A stretch of DNA of 61,525 bases, the filler included, from Diploschistes diacapsis (taxonomy: Eukaryota): the NCBI GenBank assembly GCA_023645945.1. It is 6 parts of 6 records of this genome, joined end to end, with 100 filler letters (N's around TTAATTAATTAA, not from the genome) between each part and the next. Parts side by side here need not be neighbours in the genome. Positions count along the whole stretch, not along the records: positions 1 to 6,440 come from JALAIB010001395.1; positions 6,541 to 12,968 come from JALAIB010001396.1; 4 more parts are not named here. One strand, 5' to 3'. Positions 1 through 10,636 of this stretch are shown piece after piece. Under the pieces are notes generated by a model that made no database searches, was not told where the DNA came from, and saw nothing but the letters and a program-made list of their open reading frames with translations. The translations under genes and the position numbers were made by a program. Each line of letters begins with the position of its first letter. Position 1 is the stretch's first letter.

Positions 1-885
1 CCCCTCCACGGCCCTCACCCAGCCATCCCTCAAATGCGCCCAGTCCGTGTTCCTCGTCGGCACGACCCTGACCACGCTCCTCACCCCCGCCTCCCTCAGC
101 AGCTTATCCCACACGATCTCGCTATCCTTGGCGTCCAGCAGCATGCCGCGGAGTCGCTCCTTCTCGGACGGGACCAGCGCGCTCGCCGCCTCCACGTCCG
201 CCGCCTGCCGCACGAAGCTCGCCTGCAGCGCCGCCATGTCGGACGCGGCCACGTACAGGCCCACGACATACACCTGTACGCGCAGGAAGCTCACCGTCCG
301 CACGCCCAGGCCCAGGAGGTGGTATTCCTCGCCGCTGTCCCCGACGCCGGCGGGCAGCGCCGCGCTCTTCGAGTCCTCGCGGCCCGGCAGCGTGATCGTC
401 TTGGGGAAGTACGGCACGCTCGAGGTGCCCGTCGCCACCTTGTCATCCACCTCCAGCGCGGTGCTGCCGCCCGTGGCGTCCGCTGCGGGGAACGGCGGGC
501 CGGTCGGTGGCGCCTCGGTCTTGGTGGGCGGGAGGTCGTAGAAGGCGACGGTGGCGAACGTGGCACCGGCGCAGAAGACGAGGCCGATGGCGGAGACTTT
601 CATGCGGCGCTTGGAGTGCGCGTACAGCTCGGCCTGCGTGCGGTGGCGGGTTTCGGAGTCGAGTGGGTTGCGGAGGCCGGAGCCTTGCTGGGCGGTGGAG
701 GAGGGGCGGCGAGGCTGGTAGTGGGGGCATGGTGTTGTGGAGAGAGAGCGGCGGGGTAGTAGGAAGCGGTGGCATGCCAGCCTCCTTCCCAGTGTTGGTG
801 CTAATCCTGATGGTAGACGTGGAGGGAGCGTGCGAGGCAGCCGCGTTGGGAACGTGCGCAGGGGAGAAGCAAGTGGTGGACGCAT
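1..885 (-). CDS. Chalcone-isomerase-fold mitochondrial protein, Aim18/Aim46-like (runs off the window start)
   Basis: Manual translation from ATG 885, absent from the ORF track because there is no stop in the window. It reads as an Arg-rich presequence-like N-terminus (MRPPLASPLRTFPTRLPR), a TM-like segment (VSAIGLVFCAGATFATVAF), then TGTSSVPYFPKTI, EYHLLGLGVRTVSFLRVQVYVVGLYVA and RVVPTRNTDWAHLRDGWVR, typical of fungal CHI-like proteins. Confidence 0.85.
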   Translation of the reverse strand, partial: MRPPLASPLRTFPTRLPRTLPPRLPSGLAPTLGRRLACHRFLLPRRSLSTTPCPHYQPRRPSSTAQQGSGLRNPLDSETRHRTQAELYAHSKRRMKVSAIGLVFCAGATFATVAFYDLPPTKTEAPPTGPPFPAADATGGSTALEVDDKVATGTSSVPYFPKTITLPGREDSKSAALPAGVGDSGEEYHLLGLGVRTVSFLRVQVYVVGLYVAASDMAALQASFVRQAADVEAASALVPSEKERLRGMLLDAKDSEIVWDKLLREAGVRSVVRVVPTRNTDWAHLRDGWVRAVEG

Positions 886-1385
886 TCTTTTGTGCCTGTG
901 TGCCTGTTCGAGGGCTGGAAATCGGACCGCTTAAGGTTCTGCTGCTTAGCGAGCGGTGCTGCTCCAGTGTTGGTGAGAGTGAGGAACAGTGAAAATAGTT
1001 TGCCTACACGCAAGTGATCATCTCTTCCCCGCGTTCCTTCTACTCGACAATACTACGCTTCATCAAAACACAACAAGTGTTTGACTAAGATTAACGCTGG
1101 CTGCATAAGCAGCCCACTTCCATTACTTTCAAATAAAATACTATAAATCTTCCAGCCGTCCAAAAGGTATCTCATGTTTTGCCCGTCAAAACCAGCCATC
1201 TAAGCAGCTATGCTTCATCCGAACTGCAAGCCCAGAAACAGAATCTCAAATCGCTCAAGGGTAGGATGCCATGGCATCAAAGGGAGTATCAACAAAGTGA
1301 AGCGGGCTGAAACGAGAGCCTTCTTTCCCATCCTGACCACCAACGCCATCTGTACAAGCTCTCTACCCTCTTCTCCACCCATAAA

Positions 1386-3132
1386 TTACATCACAATGCA
1401 GCATCCACAACCTTTGCTCTTCTTCTCGGGTTCCTCCAGCTGCAACGACTGTTCCGGTCGCTGGATCCTGGGACTTGGAACAGCAGTCAATGAGGGCGTG
1501 CTTTGAAGTTTAGGCATTGTACTATAGCCTGCATGTTCGCTCGAAGAATTTTTGGGAGTTTCTGTACTGTTGCTGGCTTTCATTGGCCACTCGGTCCGCA
1601 AACTGTCGTCTCGTGCAGGAATCTGCGGCTGCTTTAGTTCTTCAGCCGGCGGTGTCGGAAGCCTCGCTTGTACGTGCGAATCATCAAGGATTGCCACTGG
1701 GGTAAAGTTCCGGTCGTAGGCGGACCCCACCTTTCCTTCCTTTTCCCATTGTTCCTGCATAATTCGCTTCGCATGTGTCGGGAGTATCTGTTTTTCTGGT
1801 GGTAATCGGGGGTCCGGTTTGTACATCGTATCAATCCACGGCGGATCGCCTTCAGGGCGGTTGGCTGCGGTGCGGGGGCGTCCGTCTAGACCAGAACGAG
1901 TACCAGGCCGCGCTCCTGGTGAATTACGCATAGTGGCAGATACTGTTCTTGCTTTTGCTGAAGCCGAGCCGTAAGTTGTACCAGGTACAACCTTGATCGT
2001 AGCAGAGGGCTTCCGTGGGCTGGTTTGGCCTTTCGCGGCCCTGAGTTTTGAGGGCGATTCAGGAGAACCTGGCGCACTTCCGATGGCCTCCTCATCGTCC
2101 AATAGAACCTGATTGCTCATACTGTTGCCTCGACTTCGAACTTTGCTGTAAATTATCGAATCTTCATCCATGTCCCCGTTACTTTGAGCACGCTTTCGCG
2201 GAAGAGGTTTGTGACGCTCTATATGCTCTGCTGGGATAGGATGCGGACTCGTCGTGGCAATAGGAATACGCGAAGAGCTAGAACGTAGTTTCCCTTGGTT
2301 ATAAATGCTATCGAGGTAGGCTTCTTCATTTGGGTTGGCAGCAATTTCTTCCGGTGACCTTGGATCATCCGGAACAAATAGGCCCTCGCCATCGTCCTCA
2401 TTTCGCACAGGACTCGGTGATCTGACGCGCTGTCTTTTGCCCTCTTTCGGCCCGCGCTCTTGACTTTCGTGCCTACCCTTCTTCGACTTCCGCGATTCCG
2501 GCCGTATTCCAGCTCTGGATAACAGTTCCGCCGGAACCTCCATGCCGCGCTCTCTGTACTCCTGTATCTCAATCATTGTCAATTTATCGCGGTGAACCCA
2601 TTTCGAGTTTGGATCATCGACATGCATAGCATGCTCCATGTCCCAGATGTCTTCAGCGCTTGCGAGGCTCGCTTCGCCCTTTTGTTGACGGTACAACTCA
2701 ATCAGACTATCTGCTTCGCTGCCGTTCCTGCTGAGATCTCCAAGAAACTTTGGACGCGCATTTTCCGTAAGCAAAGTGTTGGGAAGAGGCTTATTTATAG
2801 AGGCCGCGAACGGGTGTTGCGGTTTGATCGATTCGTTTGAGTCCTGTGCTTGATCGGGACTGTAGGCAAGGAAGGTCCCGTTTGGTTGATGTTGGTGAGA
2901 AGTTTGAGTTCCGTATGGCGAATTGTGCTAGTGTCAACATTGTGTTAGCTGTTGTCCAAACAAACATGAATTCTTTCACCTTTGCTCGGATTCTTTTGAT
3001 CGTAAAGGGCAGCTTTGCATCATTTGAATGTGCTTATCATACCTCATAACCCGAATGACCTTGACCTGTCCCGACGTAGTAATCTTTATGCGATGAGTCT
3101 TGCATCAGAGGAGAAGAAGGTATCGCCGCCAT
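1386..3132 (-). CDS. teaR: TeaR-like prenylated cell-end marker receptor
   Basis: Ends in a CaaX box (GCGCCIVM). Contains SKWVHRDKL and NRPEGDPPWIDTMYKPDPRLPPEKQILPTHAK blocks. The frame is open up to an acceptor at 2928 (GCTAAC...TAG). The short first exon from ATG 3132 to a GTATGA donor near 3042 is inferred. Confidence 0.7.
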
Positions 3133-3870
3133 GGGAGAAGTGATCTTTGAGCTTGTATGAGGTTGACAGTCAAGTTTATGGCCGATTCCAGCTCATGGAC
3201 ACGCATCAATAGTTCGGAGCCGCGCTTCAAGTCCTGCTTTTAGGTTGAGCCCATTTGTATCTTACTACCAGTCAATTGGAGTCGTGGGCTCCGTTTGTGA
3301 CCCTTGTGCGACTCCACAGTCATAGAGCAGTCACAGTCGCACGACTAGATGGACCGAATATTACCAAATAATGGGTAATGTACAATGCGGAGTGGATAGA
3401 GAAGTTGGATGTCGTGCTATCAAAGCCGAGGAAAGGGAAGAGGAAGAATATGTATGTACTTGAGCTGAGATGGCGATATATCAATACACATTACGACGCA
3501 AATATTTTGAAGGAGAGCATCTTGCTCGCTCTTGCGGAAACGTGACAGCCAATAGGAAGTCTAGTTGGGTCCCCTCATTGGCTCCAAGCGTCTACTGGGT
3601 ATGTATCGTCTTCAACATCGTTTTCCCCACAGACTATAGAAGAAATCGGTACATATTGACACATCGTTTCGATCGTTATTCGTTATTCGTCCAGCACTGC
3701 TGATGCATCAAGATAAGTTACGGAGAACTATTCGTCTTAGTATGTTATGTCGTAGGTACCACCAGAAACTATGCTGTTCTCACGAATAGTACAGCCCCAT
3801 GAGAAAAACATTGAAAACTCTTCTGCTGCATGTCGAATCCAATCGTATAAAGATAAGAAATACATAAGCG

Positions 3871-5970
3871 CTACAGTCTAATCCTGCCGCTGCTAGCTGT
3901 CCTCCCACCAAAGAATCTCCCAATGCGATTGCTAGGAATTTCTGAGCCTCTAGTAGGCCCATTGCTCCCTCCGCTTGGTGCTTCTACTTCGCCACCGCCC
4001 ATCCATTTGGGGCGTTTTCCGAATTCTGAAAGCCAATCTGGCCGCTCCACGTTCTCTATAGTGTTGCGGAAGCGATGAGCAAAGCCGGAAAAGACGGTCT
4101 CATCTTCTTCTTCCGCAGCTTCAGTCGCAGCTGACAATCTTTGAGCTTGTTGCTGGCCGCTGCTCAAAGTGTCGCTCGCATTTTCTTCCGGAGGGACGTA
4201 CAACGTTGGTGTACGGGAAGTCGGTTGCCTCGAACTCGGAACGCTGGGCTCCTCGTCGACACCATCGCAGTATGATGAGGCTGTCAAGGCGGCAGATTCG
4301 AAATGGGGTCTCCCTTGAAGCTCGCGGTCAATCAGATCACGTCCTTCCCGCCAGCCTCCAGAACCAAAATTCGATTCCTCGGACTCGTCATCAATGATAC
4401 CAGATCCGAGAAGCTTCTTGACACGACCGTATATGTTGAAAAGTGTTGCACAGGCCGGTAATAAGATGAGCACGGGAAATAGGGCATCAAACCACACTCT
4501 AAGTGGAGTAAGATCGATCAACTTCCCAAGAAATTTGTAGAAAGTCGTTTTCTGAATGATATAGGGAGGCATGAAGGTAAGGAAGTTGTAAGTCAAAGGA
4601 ACAGTCAGTTTGGCTACCTGGCAAGCATACCAGCAGGCACTCTCGCCGTAGGTGTTCCTTCGTACAAGGGCTCTGTTGCCCCAAACTTTGATGTCCCCTA
4701 GGCTGGATAGTGTGCAAGTACACATGTACATTATCCAAAGGAGTGACAGCAGTTGACCGCCAAACCCAACCTTGCCTTCGTCTTCGCCAGAATATCGTAC
4801 TACTGTTATGCTGATGATGGAGATTCTCGGATATATAAACTTGACAAGCTCAGACCAAATAATTGAGACTGAAGCCAAAGCAAAGAAAATCCCGAAAACC
4901 ATCCGAAAGAGAGGATTGCATTTATGATAAAAAAAGTACCGGGTCTGGGGCGTTATGAATGACAGTTGCAATAGCCTGGGTTGCGTGGAGTCGTTTCGGA
5001 ATTCCAATTTCTTTGTCGTGTTTGAGTGAAGGATGGCTTGAATGTTTGCAGCTTCCTGAACCAAGCGGTTCCACGTGTATGTAAACCGAACGACCTTGTG
5101 TCGAGAACGCATAAGCCTCCTACCAAGATCAGCCAGGTATCTGTCAGTTACGACAGCAGGAACGACGTGGTTGTTTTCAATTGTGGGGGGGGTGGTTGAA
5201 AGTATAGGGATGGAGTGCGGGCCAGCCTCTCCGAGCTCTTCAATCCAGTCCTCTGTGTCTCTCGATATCCCAGTTTTTCTCTGTTTCAGCTGATCGAGCT
5301 GTCGATTCAGATCTTGCAACTCGACCGTGGCGTCTGCCAACTTCCCGTGCAGTTTCGGGGCTTTTATCTGCAAGCTCCTCAGTCGAGTCTCATCATTCCG
5401 GAACAATTGTCGGGGAACCGCAACAAGTCCGTGACCCAGCAGCAGAACGGCCTGGATGAGGCCGACGCAGTATGCCAGTGCCATGACGAGAGACTTCACA
5501 GAAGGCCCGTTGAAGCCATTCTGCCAGAGTATGTACACTAGCCCTAGTAAGCCGCAGGCCAGCACGATCAGATAGTACTGTGCGTTTGACTTTAAAGAGT
5601 ATGTCATCCGGTCTCTAGGCGTCCTGTAGCCGGAGTCCACATACTCGCCAAGCAAGGGGAGTATGAGCCATGTCAGGGCGAACGTAAGCCAGTATGCTAT
5701 TCTCCAGGCAACCTCGACGGCGGCTTCTGGTAGCCAGATGCCCGCAGAATGGCCATCGTCGCGCAAGCTGGAAGCTAGGTCGATCGGCACCAAAATGATC
5801 AAGCTGACCGGTAGAGCAAGCGCAAGAAAGACGGGTATCAGAAGGTAGGCAGGGGTGGTTCGAAGCGGCAAGTAGTATCTTAGGAGTAGCAGAACGGAGA
5901 GCGAGATGGAGGTTAGGGCGCAGAGGACGAAGATGACGGATCCTACGGGAGATGACATGTTCATGTTCAT
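3871..5970 (-). CDS. LMBR1-domain (LMBRD2-like) multi-pass membrane protein
   Basis: Intronless ORF with several TM segments. Motifs LLRYYLPLRTTPAY...LVPIDLAS, LPLLGEYVDSGYR and AKLTVPLTYNFLT. The real start is probably ATG 5970 or 5958, not 6291. Confidence 0.88.
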   Translation of the reverse strand: MNMNMSSPVGSVIFVLCALTSISLSVLLLLRYYLPLRTTPAYLLIPVFLALALPVSLIILVPIDLASSLRDDGHSAGIWLPEAAVEVAWRIAYWLTFALTWLILPLLGEYVDSGYRTPRDRMTYSLKSNAQYYLIVLACGLLGLVYILWQNGFNGPSVKSLVMALAYCVGLIQAVLLLGHGLVAVPRQLFRNDETRLRSLQIKAPKLHGKLADATVELQDLNRQLDQLKQRKTGISRDTEDWIEELGEAGPHSIPILSTTPPTIENNHVVPAVVTDRYLADLGRRLMRSRHKVVRFTYTWNRLVQEAANIQAILHSNTTKKLEFRNDSTQPRLLQLSFITPQTRYFFYHKCNPLFRMVFGIFFALASVSIIWSELVKFIYPRISIISITVVRYSGEDEGKVGFGGQLLSLLWIMYMCTCTLSSLGDIKVWGNRALVRRNTYGESACWYACQVAKLTVPLTYNFLTFMPPYIIQKTTFYKFLGKLIDLTPLRVWFDALFPVLILLPACATLFNIYGRVKKLLGSGIIDDESEESNFGSGGWREGRDLIDRELQGRPHFESAALTASSYCDGVDEEPSVPSSRQPTSRTPTLYVPPEENASDTLSSGQQQAQRLSAATEAAEEEDETVFSGFAHRFRNTIENVERPDWLSEFGKRPKWMGGGEVEAPSGGSNGPTRGSEIPSNRIGRFFGGRTASSGRIRL

Positions 5971-6328
5971 TTGGCTATAACCGCCAGAACATTTTGGCGA
6001 CTCGTTCTGTGATGACTTGGTTTGTAAATAGCATATACATTTTATAGCGGGAGTGGTTGATGGGCAATAACTGGGTTGGGCGCAATGAATCAGACCAGTG
6101 ACCAGTGACCAGTGCCCACTGCCGACTGCCACTGCAACAGCGTCAACGTCAGCGTGGATGGGTTTCTGCACACACGCTGGGGGATGGGTGGTGCCACCAC
6201 AGCCACAGAAAAAACATCCGACTTCCCTTGGGCTCAAGCCACAAGAGAGACCTTGCCAGCCCATCAAGCTTTTTTCTTTTGTTTTTATCATGGTTGGAGC
6301 ATGAGCCGAGTAGACATAAGGGTATAGT

Positions 6329-6359
6329 TATTAGTATTAGTATTATTAGTATTAGTATT

Positions 6360-6440
<81 letters not shown>
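6329..6440. repeat. (ATT)n microsatellite with AGT variants at a contig end
   Basis: Directly visible. It explains the poly-Ile artefact ORF. Confidence 0.95.
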
Positions 6441-6540
6441 NNNNNNNNNNNNNNNNNNNNNNNNNNNNNNNNNNNNNNNNNNNNTTAATTAATTAANNNN
6501 NNNNNNNNNNNNNNNNNNNNNNNNNNNNNNNNNNNNNNNN
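6441..6540. other. Artificial contig linker N44-TTAATTAATTAA-N44
   Basis: The 12-mer puts stops in all six frames. Identical 100-bp copies occur five times. Confidence 0.98.
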
Positions 6541-6579
6541 GGGCCGAGTTGGGGGGGCAACGCTCGGCGGGCTTTGCTA

Positions 6580-6687
6580 CAGTACTAGGCCAAAAGTAAG
6601 TTAGGTACACCATAAGCGGCAGTAAATAAACAGTCATCTCTTTACTTGCCGCTTATGGTGTACCTAACTACTTTTGGCACCTGACTG
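6580..6687. mobile_element. 108-bp Tc1/mariner-type MITE with ~47-bp TIRs and TA target duplication
   Basis: TA|CAGTACTAGGCCAAAAGTAAGTTAGGTACACCATAAGCGGCAGTAAA ... TTTACTTGCCGCTTATGGTGTACCTAACTACTTTTGGCACCTGACTG|TA. CAGT termini with flanking TA are typical of Tc1-like elements. Confidence 0.8.
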
Positions 6688-7152
6688 TAGATACAGGAGC
6701 CCAATCTAAAAAGGCTGTAATGTATAACATACTAGTTCTTACAGGCGTAATGACGGTAACAATCGGCTCCTGAGATAAGGCATGTTAATGCAGAATTGTT
6801 TTTTCAACCGACTACTACGAGATGGCCCTCGATTCGCTTGCTTGCTTACGACTCTTGGTGGTGGGTGTGTGTAGAAACGGGAGCGGTGATTCTTCATTTG
6901 CCCGCCCTTTATTGCTTCGTCACACAAGCCAGACTCCCGTTGCTTGGTGCACGCATTGCTAGAATTACGAGCAAAGACCATGGAATAGCGTGGAGGAGGA
7001 CGAGTTGTTATGAGGGGAGGCTTTGGCATTATCGGCAGCCTTAAGCTGAACATAAATGGCATTTGATTGGAGTACAAGTGGTGCGACAGGTTTATAGATA
7101 AAGTCCCCTGTTTGCTGGCCCCCTCGATGCAGATTAGGATAGTAAATGGAGA

Positions 7153-8534
7153 TCAGATTACATTCATGGCCGGCAAACCCCACCGCAGCATGTAGTCTGA
7201 CCGCATTGCCTCGTCAGCCGTCATCCTATCGCAAGGCTCGTACATCAACATTTTCACCAGCAAGTTCTCCAAACTCGCGAATTCTTCTGGAGAGAAATCG
7301 CACTGCTCTGGGATTTGACACCGACCCATGTCCCAAAGTCGCTCCCTTAAGGGCCTTGTGACGGGGGACATGCAGCCTTTGAATTTTAGATTCCAAGAAC
7401 CATCCTCCAAGAAGTAGTCCGGTCGCTTCTGCCACCGGTCCCACCATCGGCTCGGCAACTTACCCAAGGTGCTGACCATCTCTGCAATAAGGTCATCTTC
7501 GTTTGGGACGAAAGCTTCGAAGAGAGCACGTTCGCCGAGGATTTCGAAAAGTGTACAGCCAAGTGTCCAGATGTCGGCTGGGGGCCCAAGTTTTTCGAGA
7601 AACAGCGTTCCAGGAGGAAGTAGCAACATTGGAGTGTGGAGGCTCTTGGGTGGATTGGTGAGGAAGGCCTCGCCGAAGTCCGATATTTTGATCTCATTGT
7701 CCTTAACTTGGTCCGCCGGTACTACCATATCGGCAGGGAAAATGGAATGTGATGGCACCTCTGGGCCGAGTGTGCCATTATCAAGTCGTCGATTCAGCAC
7801 CTGGACAGGCTCACCAAATTTCTTATAGACTTCGTCTACAGTCCAAGAATTGACATTCGGGATTTGGAATAGGGTGTTATTAGCATGCAGATCTGGCTGA
7901 GGGTAATTAATTAGTTTAAACACGTTGAGTGAACAGAGACGCTAGAAACATACCTCCATGAGCGACACCGCAAGAGTGGATGTATGCCAGACCCATCGTC
8001 GTCTGCGCAGCAACAGCTCGCGCAATATTGATTGGAAACATCCATTTCGCACTGGCTTCCTTCGATTGGGCCACACTGCATCCGGCAGGTTCGCTCACCA
8101 GGCAGAGATGCCTTCCGTTCGGCCCATTCGTGAAAAACTCGTCGAAGAGAGTCTGAACGTAGCTTCGTCCTGGGTGGTCAGGGTCGCCCCCGCGAAGATG
8201 CCGCAGGGTATAGCCTTCTGAACTCGCTGCCGAAGCGTGGGCGGCGATGATCTTCAATGCGACGTAACGATTTTCTCGCTGGTCCCTGGCAAGCCATACT
8301 GAGGAACATGTTAGCTATTGCGCAAACGGCTTGTAGAGTGAACAAAGATTACATGCCTGTCGAATAACTACCGAAACCTAACTTATGAACTATTCTGTAT
8401 CTGGCTTGCGAAAGCTCGTCGCCGAGATGTGTTGGATGGTAACCTCCTGTAAGGTATCCTTCAAGATCCTCAACATCGTCCAGCCAGTGGTATACATGTT
8501 GCGGCCTGTCCGTCGAAGAGATATCAGTCGGCAT
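7153..8534 (-). CDS. SRPK/Sky1-like (CMGC) fungal protein kinase, 3 exons (8534-8357, 8298-7954, 7892-7153)
   Basis: EDLEGYLTGGYHPTHLGD, HKLGFGSYSTVWLARD, VALKI, GPNGRHLCLV, HGDLHANN, IKISDFGEAF and DIWTLGCTLFEI. Confidence 0.88.
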
Positions 8535-10548
8535 GGTGAGCAAATCGGATGAGCAACAGCTCTTTGGGAAAAGCCGTGGGCAGGGTGTAGGAATTTTGAG
8601 TGGCCACTGGGCTCTAGAGTTAGTACAAGCACCGGCCAACCTCAACATTGGAGAATTCTGATGTACGGTGATAGGGCTAATTCTAGCTCCCTTTTATTTT
8701 ACTAGAATTCGCCGTCTAAAAGTAACAAATCCGAGCTCGTAAAATGCACCAAAAACCACGAGAAAATAAGGCAAGAGAACACGAAGGAACAGTGTCTGAA
8801 CGGTAGGTGAGCAAAAATGAGCTGGAATGAGCAGTGGGTGACATGAAAAGAACGGTGGAGCCAACTAGACCGCACTCGATGGGTAACGTTCAGCCTTTCA
8901 GCGTTCAGCCCCCAAAATGCAGGGAGAACTTCTAGCGCGAAGGCTGAACGTTTCTAGCGCCCCTTCTAGCTGCTTTCTAGCGTGCTTCCATGATGCTTCT
9001 AGCGTCTTCTAGCGTCGAAGTCGGAAGATCGGCAGATGACGTAACAATTTACAAAGCTAGGGCTGTGAGGATAGGAGGAAAGGAGAAAGTGGTCGCGAAG
9101 ATCGGCTCATTATCCCATTGACCGTTGTTGTACGGCGCCTAAAGCTTATCGAAGAAGCAAAAGAAAGACTAGAACTCGGCAGGCAGAGCAACGGCACGAG
9201 GCTGGCCCTAGTGGGAAAAAACAGAAGCGACAGTGAGCGATTTTCGCTATACGCCACAAAAACGACGCCAAGAGTAGTGTGTGGTCAACACTTCGACGCC
9301 CCGTTTTTTGTCTCTTTCTCTCTTATGGCCCCCGCCTCTGTTCACAGCTGGATTTTATTAGTTCAGAGGATTGGCAACAGCAATTTAAGTTCCTTTGGGA
9401 AATGCGTGGTTTTTGCCTCCAACATTGTCTCAAGATCTTGGTCTCTCGCGGAGAAGCTGGGGGATGGGAGCATACCATGGAAGCAAGGTTTGAGCACAGA
9501 CCGTCACCGCTTCCTTCTTGACCTTTCTTGACCTTCCTTGGCCAGCTTCCTCAAGGGATCGAATGTTGCACTGCTCTCTACAGCTTCTGATATGACGGAG
9601 AGCGCATAGTGCTCGTACACTGGCACTGCGGCTATGCTGCTAGGCATTCGATTGTTCGAAAGTTTATCACTTGCACTAAACCTCCGTACCCCGTACCTTG
9701 CGCGAACAAGCTTAGAGTTGGGCCTGCTAAAGCAAGTTCAGGCGCAGGCTTAGAGCCCAGCTGAAGTGCTCCTCAGCAAACCCACAACGAGTGATTTCTG
9801 TATATCCAGAAAGAACCTCGACCGTAGGGACTGGAATATCCATCTACCTCTGTCCCAGCTAACATGTTCCTGGGGTCACAACGTAGGATTTGATTTTTCC
9901 ATACCTGGTCATATTCTTCCCATTCGAACTAAATTGGATTGGAATGGCCGCAGGTGAACATATAGCAGTACTACCTTGTACCTACTTACCTGTAAGTAGC
10001 CCTGCTGGGTGCACGGAGGATCCATGGCCGAGTCCCAACCCGCTAACGATAAAATCCCACGCTGGCCTGTCTCTTCGTCCCACTTCAGATTTCCCAGACT
10101 TTTCCCTTCTTCCATCCCCCATTCCTCTCATATACTACACCTCACAATTGGGTTGCTTTTCAGCAAGAGGTCGTCTGCTTGCCCTGACTGGCTTCGGGTT
10201 GCCTCCTGGCACCATCTGGGTGTTGGGTTTCGGCTTCCTCTTGACCTCCTTCCGTCGTGACGTTTTGCTTTGTCACCTTCACAAATTAACCTTAACCTCA
10301 ACCTCTAACCGACGACTGGAACCCTTCCTTGACCGAACTTGGTCTATTTATTTGATTGAATTTCACTTCGTGTCAGGAAATAATTGGAGATACCCATTTG
10401 CGATGCATATTTGCTTTTCTTGGACTTCATAATATTTATCACTTCTCTCCAATGTTTTCAAACCCGGCCCGGTAACATTCACCTTTTGACGGACCAGGTG
10501 CGGAAGAACCCCTCTCAGACGAAAGCACTTTCTCGAAACTCCACGACG

Positions 10549-10597
<49 letters not shown>

Positions 10598-10598
10598 C
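10549..10598. repeat. (ACA)n microsatellite just upstream of the copper-fist ATG
   Basis: About 16 trinucleotide units. Source of the poly-T, poly-C and poly-L artefact ORFs. Confidence 0.95.
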
Positions 10599-10636
10599 CT
10601 TCCTTCATCTATCACGACTGAATTGAACCCTCGACA

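Noticed and set aside
34..992. Plus-strand ORFs of 160-240 aa
   Set aside because: They are antisense shadows of the GC3-rich Aim18/46-like gene.
6485..6496. Recurrent TTAATTAATTAA palindrome as a biological repeat
   Set aside because: It is always centred in exactly 88 Ns and is a six-frame-stop assembly linker.
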